Assembly: GCA_949287685.1 (NCBI GenBank)
Contig: CASEHF010000004.1
Location: 1 to 60,853 of the forward strand
Length of the DNA stretch: 60,853 nt
From: an uncultured Christensenella sp.
Lineage (GTDB): Bacteria > Bacillota > Clostridia > Christensenellales > UBA1242
Direction: 5' to 3'
Shown here piece after piece: positions 9,906-20,563 of this stretch; within the stretch, counting starts at the first letter, position 1, and each line of letters starts with the position of its first letter. The notes under the pieces were generated by a model, which was not told where the DNA came from, made no database searches, and saw only the letters and a list, made by a program, of their open reading frames with translations. A program made the translations under genes and the position numbers.

Positions 9906-10715
9906 TTAACACTGTCGTTCGTGAATAACTTCTTGCGTGTTTGTGCGCTGATACTGCTTAAAATCAAGCATTGCCGTGAGTACCGCATCCTCCAATGCTG
10001 GGATTTTTTGATAAAGTTGGTTATTTTGAATCAAGCGCGCACGAAATACTTTTTGCTCGGCAACAGGCTTGCCCGCTACCCCACACGAAATCATTGAATA
10101 TTGATAAATTTCAGGCACATTATTAAATAATGGCACGCTTAAATAATTTTTATTCAAAGTCTCTCGCTTTTCCTCATAGAGGGGCACGCCCGTAAACCAC
10201 ACGGGAGAGTTTTGAATGAAAAAACTGGAATCCGAATCATTTAAGTTACGCAACTGATACGAATATGGCTCTTTCGAACCGTAGGCTACCACTTCCCACA
10301 TATCACGAGTGTGTTCATTTAGTTCAGCACAAACGATGTCCGCAACTGATTTCGGCGAAAGATTTATATATTTAGAAACCACGGAACGATATTTTTGGGT
10401 GCGCTCGATCAAAAACGCCTCGATATTGTCCTGCAAAGTTTGAGTGTAGTATTGGACATTATTTTTCATATCATAAAATGAATCATAATCATCGATTTTC
10501 ACATCAAAATCAGCATCAAACTCGCAATCTTTAGAAATTTCAATTATATTACCAAGGTTATGATAAACCTCATCGGTACTTTTCTTGAGTTGCTTTATGC
10601 GCGCCTCGTACTTGGTCACTTGATGAGGCAGATTGTATAAATCATCATTTCTGCCTTTAAAATCATTAATCAATTCACCTAAAGTAGCAGCCATTCTGTT
10701 GTTTAATTTTTTCAT
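9906..10715 (-). CDS. Hypothetical soluble protein with N-terminal coiled coil
   Basis: 269-aa ORF with AGGAGG RBS; no family recognised. Confidence 0.8.
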   Translation of the reverse strand: MKKLNNRMAATLGELINDFKGRNDDLYNLPHQVTKYEARIKQLKKSTDEVYHNLGNIIEISKDCEFDADFDVKIDDYDSFYDMKNNVQYYTQTLQDNIEAFLIERTQKYRSVVSKYINLSPKSVADIVCAELNEHTRDMWEVVAYGSKEPYSYQLRNLNDSDSSFFIQNSPVWFTGVPLYEEKRETLNKNYLSVPLFNNVPEIYQYSMISCGVAGKPVAEQKVFRARLIQNNQLYQKIPALEDAVLTAMLDFKQYQRTNTQEVIHERQC

Positions 10716-10907
10716 AAAGCCTCCTTTGGTATTCGATTTTAATAAACGCCGCTAAATCTTACCTCGTTAACAATACATATATAATATAGGGGTCATAACC
10801 ACATATGGCGTTAAATAACATTGCCATTACGCCGAATCGCAACGATTATTGTATCACATATATATGGTCATTATTTCATATATATTATATATATTTGAGC
10901 CGCCCCT

Positions 10908-10936
10908 ATTATAGCATATTCCCGCACACTTTACAA
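10908..10936 (-). promoter_or_regulatory. sigmaA promoter (TTGTAA-17-TATAAT, TG-extended) for the 10715/9892 operon
   Basis: Hexamers and spacing read directly. Confidence 0.65.
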
Positions 10937-11016
10937 TATAAATGACAAAAGTTATTAAAATGATGAAAACAGTAAATTACTAATAACAATTTTCTTAAAA
11001 AATTTTAAAAAATTTG

Positions 11017-11045
11017 TTGACAAAAGATTAATTTTAATGTATCAT
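11017..11045 (+). promoter_or_regulatory. sigmaA promoter of the tRNA cluster (TTGACA-17-TATCAT)
   Basis: Consensus -35, TG extension and AT-rich UP element, 20 nt before tRNA-Pro. Confidence 0.8.
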
Positions 11046-11065
11046 TGTATCGTTATATCGCCTCA

Positions 11066-11141
11066 CGGGGTGTAGCGCAGTTGGTAGCGCACATGGTTTG
11101 GGACCATGGTGTCGGGGGTTCGAGTCCCTTCACCCCGACCA
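11066..11141 (+). tRNA. tRNA-Pro(TGG)
   Basis: Cloverleaf, anticodon loop TTTGGGA, GGTTCGA T-loop, encoded CCA. Confidence 0.97.
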
Positions 11142-11163
11142 ATACCTTACGGTATAATTTTAT

Positions 11164-11240
11164 GGCTCAGTAGCTCAGCTGGTTAGAGCGCCGCCCTGTC
11201 ACGGCGGAGGTCGTGGGTTCGATCCCCATCTGAGTCGCCA
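11164..11240 (+). tRNA. tRNA-Asp(GTC)
   Basis: Cloverleaf, anticodon loop CTGTCAC, encoded CCA. Confidence 0.97.
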
Positions 11241-11374
11241 TTCTCAAGTGATAAGTTTTATTATTTGAGACAAAATACGAGTGACATAGTTCGTGGGGTC
11301 GAACGGGCACGCTTGAAAAAGTCGCCAGTGGCGAGTTTTTAGTGCCCCGGCGTGATAGCACCGTAGGTGCGGAG

Positions 11375-11445
11375 CGATCCCCATCTGAGTCGCCATTCTC
11401 AAGTGGTATGTTTTATTACTTGAGACAAAATATGAGTGACATAGT
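11375..11445 (+). repeat. 71-bp direct repeat of the tRNA-Asp 3' end and trailer (copy of 11220-11290)
   Basis: Four mismatches over 71 bp. Confidence 0.9.
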
Positions 11446-11512
11446 ATTTACAAAACAGTACAAACTACAATTCACTCACATCTAATAATTTAAAGGACCA
11501 GCCTTACTATAC

Positions 11513-11589
11513 GGGACTTTAGCTCAGTTGGTTAGAGCGTCCGGCTCATAACCGGATGGTCCAAGGTTCGAGTCCTTGAAGTCCCACCA
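11513..11589 (+). tRNA. tRNA with CAT anticodon, probably tRNA-Ile2 (lysidine type)
   Basis: Cloverleaf with CGGCTCATAACCG anticodon arm typical of Firmicute Ile2; lacks initiator features. Confidence 0.9.
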
Positions 11590-11634
11590 TTAAGTAAGGC
11601 TTTTTCTTAAAATGGGACATGGCTTGTTTTACAA

Positions 11635-11710
11635 GCCCCGGTAGCTCAGCTGGTAGAGCATAGGACTGAAAATCCTTGTGTCGGGGGTTCGAGTCCCCCC
11701 TGGGGCACCA
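11635..11710 (+). tRNA. tRNA-Phe(GAA)
   Basis: Cloverleaf, anticodon loop CTGAAAA, encoded CCA. Confidence 0.97.
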
Positions 11711-11835
11711 TTGGTACATTGTACCATAATAATTGGGGGTACTCGAACCCCCGAGTGAGCGGGACTTGTTGCTTGAATAAAAACTCAACTTTCAGTTTAT
11801 ACTGACAAAACAACTTAATACCTATTAGGTCATAT

Positions 11836-11911
11836 GCTGGCGTGGCTCAATTGGCAGAGCAGCTGACTTGTAATCAGCAGGTTGATGGTTCGATTCCATT
11901 CGCCAGCTCCA
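11836..11911 (+). tRNA. tRNA-Thr(TGT)
   Basis: Cloverleaf, anticodon loop CTTGTAA, encoded CCA. Confidence 0.97.
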
Positions 11912-11929
11912 TTCCTAATAGGATTTTAT

Positions 11930-12015
11930 GGGAGCTTTCCAGAGTGGCCAAATGGAGCAGACTGTAAATCTGTTGTCGGAAGACTTCCGGGGTTCGAATC
12001 CCTGAGCTCCCACCA
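11930..12015 (+). tRNA. tRNA-Tyr(GTA)
   Basis: Long variable arm, anticodon loop CTGTAAA, encoded CCA. Confidence 0.97.
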
Positions 12016-12462
12016 CAAGCAAGGAGAACGAGAAAACTTTTGCGAGATATAATCTCGCAAAGGTGGACTTGTTCTTTTTTTAATGCGGCGCACTTGTGCG
12101 TATGCAATAAAAAGGACAAGGTCACTTGCGCTAACTAGCGCAAAAGTTTTTGAGTGGCTTGCGCAGTAGTCTGGCGCGCTAGCGACAGACAACCAGCACT
12201 TAAACCCGCGGAAGCCTCTTTAAATCCCTTTTTTGTATCGTTATGCTCGCATAAAAGATACAAAAAACGAGGACTATAGCAAGTAGTTTACTTGCGTATG
12301 AACGAAGTGAGTGGCTTGCGCAGTGGTCTACCGTAAGGCGTAGCCGCGGATAGACAATCCCCAGCCCGCGGAAGCCATCCGAAACTTTGTTTGTGCTCTT
12401 GCGAATGCAAGAGGGATTCGAACCCCAAGAGGTTCGCACCGTTCGGCTTTGCCTCACTTTCG

Positions 12463-12618
12463 CGCCAGCCAAGTATTATCCTCTTATTTTTTAGTTGTAA
12501 CCCAAGAATTTTTTAAGAGGAATAGATCCTTCGGGCAGCGTATTGCTAGGTGTTCATATTGTTGCCTCTCACTATACGCTGAGTTACAAAGGCTAACGCG
12601 GGGAGCGCTCAGGATGAC
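12463..12618 (+). repeat. Composite family A element; the 5' module is shared with 8493-8555 and the internal module with 42062-42157
   Basis: ATCCTCTTATTTTTTAGTTGTAACCCAAGAATTTTT..AGAGGAATAGAT also at 8507; GGCAGCGTATTGCTA...TACGCTGAGTTAC also at 42077. Confidence 0.8.
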
Positions 12619-12935
12619 AGTGATTTAAGAGTATCGCGGGTACGGCTTTGTACTATCTATCGGGTGTGCGCCTTCGCACCGAGGTTTCGCACCGCGCTAG
12701 CGACAGACAACAAGCCTAGTCCACGGCTGCCGTTTTATAATTTCGCGTATTTTCTTTTATTAAAACATTTTGAATTTTGAGGAGTTTGGGGTATAATAAT
12801 TATTAAATTGGGGTTTTTATAGATATATACTATATTATTTACCAAAATATACGAATTATCTAGATATGAAAACTAGATTTTTTACCAAAAGTATACATTA
12901 AAATAATTACCCAAAATACATCGAAGGAGATTTCT

Positions 12936-15041
12936 ATGAGAGATTTAACAAAAATGATGCACCCTAAAAGCATCGCCATTATTGGCGCGAGCCCGAGGCA
13001 AGACTCAGTGGGCAACGAACTAATTAAACGCGCTGTAGAGGCAAAATTCAACGGACAAATTTTTGCTATTAACCCAAAATACACGGAAATTGAGGGTGTG
13101 CCGTGTTATCCAAGCGTTGCGAATGTGCCTACCGTTTTGGATGTGGTAATTATTGCCACACCCGCCCCCACGGTTTTGGGAGTTTTAAGGGAGTGTGCCG
13201 AGGCAAAGATTAGCAATGCTGTGATTATTTCGAGCGGCTTTAAGGAAACAGGTGCCGAAGGCGAGGCGCTTGAGCGAGCGATTGCGGACTTCGCAAACGA
13301 GCATAATATAAATGTAATTGGTCCAAACTGTCTAGGCATACTCAACAACGCCCCTGATGTCCGCTTTAATGGATGTTTTGCTCCTATTCAGGCAGTGAGT
13401 GGAAACATAGGTTTTGCAACTCAGTCTGGAGCGCTCGCAAGCGGTATAATTAACCTACTCCCCACGCTAAAAATCGGGCTAGCACAAATGGTGTCGCTTG
13501 GCAATCAGTGCCAAATTAACGCGCTAGACATTATGGAAATGTGGGAAAAAGATGATAAAATCAAGCAAATACTAATGTACATTGAGTCTATACCCGACCC
13601 CGTTAAGTTCCGCGAAATTGCTACCCGCGTATCCCGCAAAAAGCCGATACTAATTATCAAATCTGGTCGTAGCGAGCGCGGAGCAAAGGCGAGCGTGTCG
13701 CATACAGGCAGTCTCGCTGGAGATGACACTACCGCAACTGGGCTATTCGCTAGCAGCGGCGTAATTCGCGAGTTGTATTTGCGCGACCTCTTTAACACGG
13801 CGCAAGTTTTCTCAAAATGCGATTTGCCAAAAGGCAACAGGCTGGCAGTTGTGACAAACGCTGGTGGTCCTGGAATAATGGCTACTGACACAGCAAACGA
13901 CTACTCTATCCCCCTAGCCGACCTCACAGACAGCACAAAGGCGAAATTGCGCGAAGTACTCCCTCCGCAAGCGAGCGTAAACAACCCCGTAGATGTGATT
14001 GCGAGTGCTACACCCGAGCAGTATGAAAATGCCGCTAGCATTCTCCTAAACGCGAAAGAGGTCGACATCCTACTCGTGATTTACCTATACATTGCGGGCA
14101 AAAATGATATTAAAATTTCGCACGCGCTCGAAAACTTAAAGAAAAAGCACCCCAACAAGCCGATTGTGAGCGTGTTTATGACCACTCCCGAATTTGATGC
14201 CGATGTAGTAGCAGAAATACCCGACTTCGATATCCCAACATTTCGCTTTGTGGTCGATGCGGTACATGGTATTGCAAGGCTAATCGAGAGAAAAAACTAT
14301 CTCGAGAGAAAGCAAACCTCTCTCCCAAATTTAGGGGTAAACAAAGAAAAGGCTGCCTCAATTTTAGAAAGTGCGCGCGCGCAAGGTATCAAGCAGTTGA
14401 CCACCATGCAGAGTTTGCAAATTTTTGATGCGTACGGACTACCCTTGCCGAAATTTGGAATAGCCGAAACACTAAAAGATGCAAAGGACATTGCCGCGCA
14501 AATCGGCTACCCCGTGGTAATCAAACTTTCTAGCAAGACTGTAACCCATAAGTCCGACATCGGCGGAGTAATAACAAACATCAAGTCCGATGAGGAACTC
14601 GCCTTTTGGTGGAACAGACTCGTAGATAGACTCAACAAAGCAAACCTTGTAGAGTCACTCGATGGAATTGTCGTTATGCAACAAGTATCTGGCGCTAACC
14701 GCGAATTGGTCGCTGGCGTTGTAAAGAAAGGCGGAGTGCATCAAATGATGTTTGGCTTGGGTGGAATTTTTGTAGAAGCACTAAAAGAAGTTACCTTCCG
14801 CCCGTGTCCCTTAACCCCACAAGATGCTGTCGATATGCTAAATGCTACAAAGGCAAAAAACATTATGGGCTTTGTGCGCGGAGGAATGGCTACCGACCCC
14901 AAAATCGCTGAGGAGACCCTATTACGACTTAGCAAATTAGTAACCGACTTCCCCTCAATTAGCGAAATCGATGCAAACCCCTTAATGATTGATGACAAAG
15001 GTAGGCTCTTAGTCGTAGATGCTCGCATCGTAATTGAATAA
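12936..15041 (+). CDS. Acetate/acyl-CoA ligase (ADP-forming), fused alpha/beta, ATP-grasp
   Basis: PKSIAIIGAS, IGPNCLG, SHTGSLAG phospho-His, TNAGGPG, HKSDIGGV and EIDANPL motifs. Confidence 0.92.
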   Translation: MRDLTKMMHPKSIAIIGASPRQDSVGNELIKRAVEAKFNGQIFAINPKYTEIEGVPCYPSVANVPTVLDVVIIATPAPTVLGVLRECAEAKISNAVIISSGFKETGAEGEALERAIADFANEHNINVIGPNCLGILNNAPDVRFNGCFAPIQAVSGNIGFATQSGALASGIINLLPTLKIGLAQMVSLGNQCQINALDIMEMWEKDDKIKQILMYIESIPDPVKFREIATRVSRKKPILIIKSGRSERGAKASVSHTGSLAGDDTTATGLFASSGVIRELYLRDLFNTAQVFSKCDLPKGNRLAVVTNAGGPGIMATDTANDYSIPLADLTDSTKAKLREVLPPQASVNNPVDVIASATPEQYENAASILLNAKEVDILLVIYLYIAGKNDIKISHALENLKKKHPNKPIVSVFMTTPEFDADVVAEIPDFDIPTFRFVVDAVHGIARLIERKNYLERKQTSLPNLGVNKEKAASILESARAQGIKQLTTMQSLQIFDAYGLPLPKFGIAETLKDAKDIAAQIGYPVVIKLSSKTVTHKSDIGGVITNIKSDEELAFWWNRLVDRLNKANLVESLDGIVVMQQVSGANRELVAGVVKKGGVHQMMFGLGGIFVEALKEVTFRPCPLTPQDAVDMLNATKAKNIMGFVRGGMATDPKIAEETLLRLSKLVTDFPSISEIDANPLMIDDKGRLLVVDARIVIE

Positions 15042-15044
15042 TTA

Positions 15045-15085
15045 AAAGCACTTAATTAGGTTTTAGCCAAATTAGGTGCTTTTTT
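15045..15085 (+). terminator. Intrinsic terminator
   Basis: AAAGCACTTAATT...AATTAGGTGCTTTTTT. Confidence 0.65.
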
Positions 15086-15237
15086 CTGTTTTTTTGTGTT
15101 GTATACTAAAATGTAGTATTCTAGCCGAAAACTATGCGCAAAATTGATTGCATAGTACTTTGCATAATACTAAATTTACTAACAAAACTTCAAAATAAAA
15201 AGTTGCATAAAAATACAACTTTTGATTAAATATTAAT

Positions 15238-16164
15238 TTAAGCCTTGTTTGCACTGTGTAGTACATCGATGATTTTTGACTTCACAAAATCGCGCATATT
15301 GTCCTTACTCGCCTGCAAGTATTTGCGCGGGTCAAACACTGTGGGGTTTTCTGCCAGAAACTTTCTAACAGTAGCGGTAAACACAAGCCTTAGGTCGGTA
15401 TCACAGTTGACCTTGCTAATACCGTTTGCACACGCTTCGGCAATCAATTCCTCAGGGACACCACGCGCTCCCTTAACATCACCACCGTACTGATTGATTA
15501 TTTCGACATACTTTTGTGGCACACTGCTAGCGCCGTGAAGGACTAGCGGAGTGTCTGGAAGTAGTGTGTTAATCTGCTTTAAGATATCGATGCGCAATTT
15601 AGGCTCGCCCTCGAATTTATATGCTCCGTGACTCGTGCCAATCGCTATGGCGAGACTATCGACATTTGTCTTGTTTACAAAGTCCACCGCCTGCTCGGGG
15701 TCTGTATATTTATGCACATCGCTACTAACATCATCCTCGATTCCTGCTAGCACTCCCAACTCACCCTCGACCACAACGCCCTTTTTGTGCGCGTAGTCTA
15801 CGACCTTTTTAGTAATGGCGACATTTTCCTCATAAGATAGGCTACTGCCATCAATCATAACCGAGTGGAAGCCTAAGTCCACAACCTCGCGAACGATGTC
15901 GAAATTTTTTCCGTGGTCGAGGTGCATAACGATGGGAATGTCGGTCATATTTGCGATTGCATCTGCGACATATTTTATGTAACGAGGCTCTGCATACCTC
16001 AACCCGCCCTCGCTCAAAGCAAGTATTACGGGTGAGCGTGTCTCGGTCGCAGCATCGACAATTGCCCTCATAATCTCGAGACTGCTAAAATTGAATGCGC
16101 CAACAGCGTAATGCTCTTTTTTTGCGCGTAATAAGATTTCGTATTCATTTAGTGTTTTCTTCAT
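15238..16164 (-). CDS. fba: Class II fructose-1,6-bisphosphate aldolase
   Basis: HLDHG, VMIDGS, GTSHGAYKF and LVLHGAS motifs. Confidence 0.95.
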   Translation of the reverse strand: MKKTLNEYEILLRAKKEHYAVGAFNFSSLEIMRAIVDAATETRSPVILALSEGGLRYAEPRYIKYVADAIANMTDIPIVMHLDHGKNFDIVREVVDLGFHSVMIDGSSLSYEENVAITKKVVDYAHKKGVVVEGELGVLAGIEDDVSSDVHKYTDPEQAVDFVNKTNVDSLAIAIGTSHGAYKFEGEPKLRIDILKQINTLLPDTPLVLHGASSVPQKYVEIINQYGGDVKGARGVPEELIAEACANGISKVNCDTDLRLVFTATVRKFLAENPTVFDPRKYLQASKDNMRDFVKSKIIDVLHSANKA

Positions 16165-16316
16165 AATTGTTCTCCTTTTACTACTATTTTAAACAAAATT
16201 TTCAAATTTAGCAAATAAATTACAAATATTAGTTAAATTCATTTGAAAAAATATCGATAAAATAATATAATATGATTAAACTATTATTAGTTTACAAAAA
16301 TAGAGAGGTATTTTGT

Positions 16317-17621
16317 ATGATTTCACTCGTGGTTACTGCGGATACGAAAAATTACAACCTTCACGAGCGCGACCAAGCATTCGCAAACCTAATGGTACAA
16401 TTTAAGCAGCCCTTTGAAATTGTCTATGTGGCTAATGCTGACTACGGCTTTTTAGGCGAACTTAAAAAAATTGTATCGGATAATCCAAATCGAAAGTTGG
16501 TAGTGACTGCCGCATCGACAAACATTAACACACAGATTTACACGGCACTTGACCAAACCGAAAACGGTGACTGTCTACTAATCACTATGGATACTGATGT
16601 AGATTTGATTAAAAAAATGCTAATGAAGCACTTCGATGGTGCAGATTTAGTATTCGTAAAAAAGAAAGAAAACTGGTTTAAGGCATTCTTTATTGCCCTA
16701 GGGCGTGCAACCTACCAAATGGGGTTAAAACTTCTCGGGCGTGGGCGCGACCTTTGCTGCGACCCTAGAATTGTGCTGCTTAACAATCGTTCGGTAAACA
16801 CTATTATTCTAAACCCAGTACTTAGCAAGGCGCTGAGACTTGTAAACCCCGACCCAGAGCGTGAGGCACGCGTACTGACCGAGGATAAACTCTATGACAA
16901 CCCCACCCCTTCGCAACAAAACAGTAATAACTCCTTTATGGCGCTAGGTATTGTGTCTCTGTTTTACATCATTGCACTATTCGTAATGGCAATCATATTC
17001 CCCATATTCAACTCTGGGCTATATACCGTTTGGGTATTAATCGCCATTATCGTGTGGGTAATACTTGGAGTCGTGGGTGCGGTGCTGGCTGCACGATTTA
17101 TATATAACACGCGCCTAGGCATACCCGTGGCTATTAATTTAGCGAATGAACCTGTCATCAACATTACGGAAATCGTGCGCAGTGGCGATGAAATCAGCGA
17201 GGAGACTGTTAGTAGCGAATCCGATGATATAGAAAATATAGACACAGAACTAGAGTATACCGAGGATGTGACACCTAGTGATGAAGCACTAGAAAATGCT
17301 GAGGAAAACACTATAGAGAATGAGCAAAACAATGCAGCCTCCCCTACTAAAAACGAAGCTGTCGAAACATTAAACGCAACAGAAAAGAACTCAAACTCTA
17401 CCGAGACAAAAGAAAAGCCCACAGAGGAAAAGACAAAAGTCACAAAGAAAGCAGACACTACTAAATCAACCACGAAAAAGGCTAGCACTACCACAAAAAA
17501 ACAAAGCACCACAAAAAAGACAAATACAAAAACTAGCGCTAGCAAGAAAAAAACCGCAAGTGCTACACAACCGCAAATTTCTAGAGTAAAGAGCACTCGA
17601 ACACCAAAAACAAAAAAGTGA
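16317..17621 (+). CDS. Degenerate GT2/GtrB-like membrane protein with an acidic block and a Lys/Thr-rich tail
   Basis: FEIVYV, ITMDTD and GADLVF follow the GtrB layout; two TM helices; low-complexity C-terminus. Confidence 0.6.
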   Translation: MISLVVTADTKNYNLHERDQAFANLMVQFKQPFEIVYVANADYGFLGELKKIVSDNPNRKLVVTAASTNINTQIYTALDQTENGDCLLITMDTDVDLIKKMLMKHFDGADLVFVKKKENWFKAFFIALGRATYQMGLKLLGRGRDLCCDPRIVLLNNRSVNTIILNPVLSKALRLVNPDPEREARVLTEDKLYDNPTPSQQNSNNSFMALGIVSLFYIIALFVMAIIFPIFNSGLYTVWVLIAIIVWVILGVVGAVLAARFIYNTRLGIPVAINLANEPVINITEIVRSGDEISEETVSSESDDIENIDTELEYTEDVTPSDEALENAEENTIENEQNNAASPTKNEAVETLNATEKNSNSTETKEKPTEEKTKVTKKADTTKSTTKKASTTTKKQSTTKKTNTKTSASKKKTASATQPQISRVKSTRTPKTKK

Positions 17622-17626
17622 GGTAA

Positions 17627-18646
<1,020 letters not shown>

Positions 18647-18655
18647 GGAGATAGA

Positions 18656-19135
18656 ATGCGCTGTCCAAATTGCGGAGCGAGAATAAATAGAGGGGCGAAT
18701 GTGTGCTTTAAGTGTGGGACTAGGCTATCGCAGATTCAACACGCGAGTCACCAGGCGGTAAAAAAGGCACGCGCCGAATACGAGCCTGAGAAAATCGTGT
18801 ACACCACTTGCTGGCCGAGCGACTTAAACCACACTAAAACCCTACTCTACTGCATATTTTTAGGGCTATTTGGCGCGCACTACTTTTATGTAAAGCGGCC
18901 AATACCTGGAATAATCTATGCGGTATGTTGGTCGCTTTTTATATTATTCTATATTGTGTCCTATGCGGTCCTTGGGCCTCAAAATGGCTACCCTAGTTAC
19001 GAGAGTTACGGTATGCAAATGGTTTCTATTTTTGTAGCCATTATGGGAGCGCTGGTGGCAATCTTTTGGCTCACGGACATCTTTAGAATAATTTTCAAGC
19101 GCTTTAAAATACCCGTTGTCCTCGAAACAAAGTGA
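18656..19135 (+). CDS. Zinc-ribbon plus TM2-domain membrane protein
   Basis: CPNCG...CFKCG and FLGLFGAHYFY motifs. Confidence 0.8.
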   Translation: MRCPNCGARINRGANVCFKCGTRLSQIQHASHQAVKKARAEYEPEKIVYTTCWPSDLNHTKTLLYCIFLGLFGAHYFYVKRPIPGIIYAVCWSLFILFYIVSYAVLGPQNGYPSYESYGMQMVSIFVAIMGALVAIFWLTDIFRIIFKRFKIPVVLETK

Positions 19136-19139
19136 GACA

Positions 19140-19168
19140 TTGACAAAAGCGCAAAAGTCTAGTATAAT
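19140..19168 (+). promoter_or_regulatory. sigmaA promoter of mnmA (TTGACA-17-TATAAT)
   Basis: Perfect consensus. Confidence 0.85.
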
Positions 19169-19196
19169 TTAACTAGAATCGTATCTAGGAGCAAAA

Positions 19197-20393
19197 ATGA
19201 AAACTATAGTTGTAGGAATGAGCGGTGGCGTCGATTCGAGCGTGGCCGCTCTACTTTTAAAAAATCAAGGTTATAGCGTTATCGGCCTCTTTATGAAAAA
19301 TTGGGAGGAAAAAGATGCTTTGGGTCGCTGCACCAGCACGCAGGACTACGAGGATATGTGCCGTGTTTGCGATAAAATCGGTATCCCCTACTACTCGGTA
19401 AACTTTACAAAAGAGTACTACGAGCGCGTTTTTGAGTATTTTTTGAAAAGTTACAAAGAGGGGCGCACCCCCAACCCCGATGTGCTTTGCAATCGCGAGA
19501 TTAAATTCGGTCCATTTTTGAAAAAGGCACTTTTATTAGGTGCGGACAAAATCGCTACAGGGCATTACGCGCGCGTGAGCGAAAAAAACGGACTCTATTA
19601 CCTACAAAAATGTAAGGATACTACAAAAGACCAGACATACTTTTTAAATCAACTAAATCAACAACAATTAAGTTACACCGTGTTCCCGCTCGCGGACTTA
19701 CTCAAAACCGAGGTGCGACAAATCGCCAGCAAGAACGGGTTAATCACCGCAAATAAAAAAGACAGCACTGGAATCTGCTTTATTGGTGAGCGAAATTTCC
19801 GCGAATTTTTATCTAAATACCTACCCGCAAAACCTGGAGAAATTAAAACAACCACAGGAAAAACGATTGGGCGGCACAATGGACTAATGTACTACACAAT
19901 TGGGCAGCACAAGGGGTTAGGAATTGGCGGGCAAAAAGATGAGGCGGCGGGAGCGTGGTTTGTGGTGGCAAAAGACTTGACCACTAATACGCTAACAGTT
20001 GCCCAAGGGTCTAACAAAGACCTATATTCCATAGGGCTCGAGACCGCTGGATTTAACTGGATTCCCGCTCTCCCAACGCCACAAAACCTACCTTCATTAT
20101 TTAATAGTAGCGAAACTCGAAATTCTCTCGACCTCCTCGAAAATGATGAAAAAAGTGCAAAAAATCGTGTTTTTTTGCAAAAAAACACTGAAAAAACGCA
20201 AAAATTTGAATGTTTTGCAAAATTTCGCTACCGCCAGCCCGACCAAAAAGTTTTCTGTGAAGTACAAAATAACAATGTAAAAATTACATTTGACAAACCG
20301 CAGCGCGCGATTACCCAAGGGCAGTTTTGCGTACTTTATGATAGCGCTGGTAACTGTCTTGGCGGCGGAGAAATTGATAAAATTTTTAAATAA
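19197..20393 (+). CDS. mnmA: tRNA 2-thiouridylase MnmA
   Basis: [28 protein letters not shown] and DSTGICFIG motifs. Confidence 0.97.
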   Translation: MKTIVVGMSGGVDSSVAALLLKNQGYSVIGLFMKNWEEKDALGRCTSTQDYEDMCRVCDKIGIPYYSVNFTKEYYERVFEYFLKSYKEGRTPNPDVLCNREIKFGPFLKKALLLGADKIATGHYARVSEKNGLYYLQKCKDTTKDQTYFLNQLNQQQLSYTVFPLADLLKTEVRQIASKNGLITANKKDSTGICFIGERNFREFLSKYLPAKPGEIKTTTGKTIGRHNGLMYYTIGQHKGLGIGGQKDEAAGAWFVVAKDLTTNTLTVAQGSNKDLYSIGLETAGFNWIPALPTPQNLPSLFNSSETRNSLDLLENDEKSAKNRVFLQKNTEKTQKFECFAKFRYRQPDQKVFCEVQNNNVKITFDKPQRAITQGQFCVLYDSAGNCLGGGEIDKIFK

Positions 20394-20563
20394 ATTTATC
20401 TATAACCACTTTCAAAAACCTACAACTTTTTGAGAGTGATACTCATTTATAACGCACATATGCCTAGCAAGTCTTTATTGACTATATAATTGTTATTCAA
20501 AACGGTTTTATTTACAAACAGGCTAAAATATGCTATACTTAATAAAAAAATTTGCGAGGAAAT

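Noticed and set aside
11220-11445. attL/attR of a prophage or ICE at tRNA-Asp
   Set aside because: The repeats enclose only 84 bp and there is no integrase; at most a scar
11167-12472. Short minus-strand ORFs at 11167, 11546, 11874, 11926 and 12200
   Set aside because: They are antisense to tRNA genes or run across repeats, and resemble no protein family
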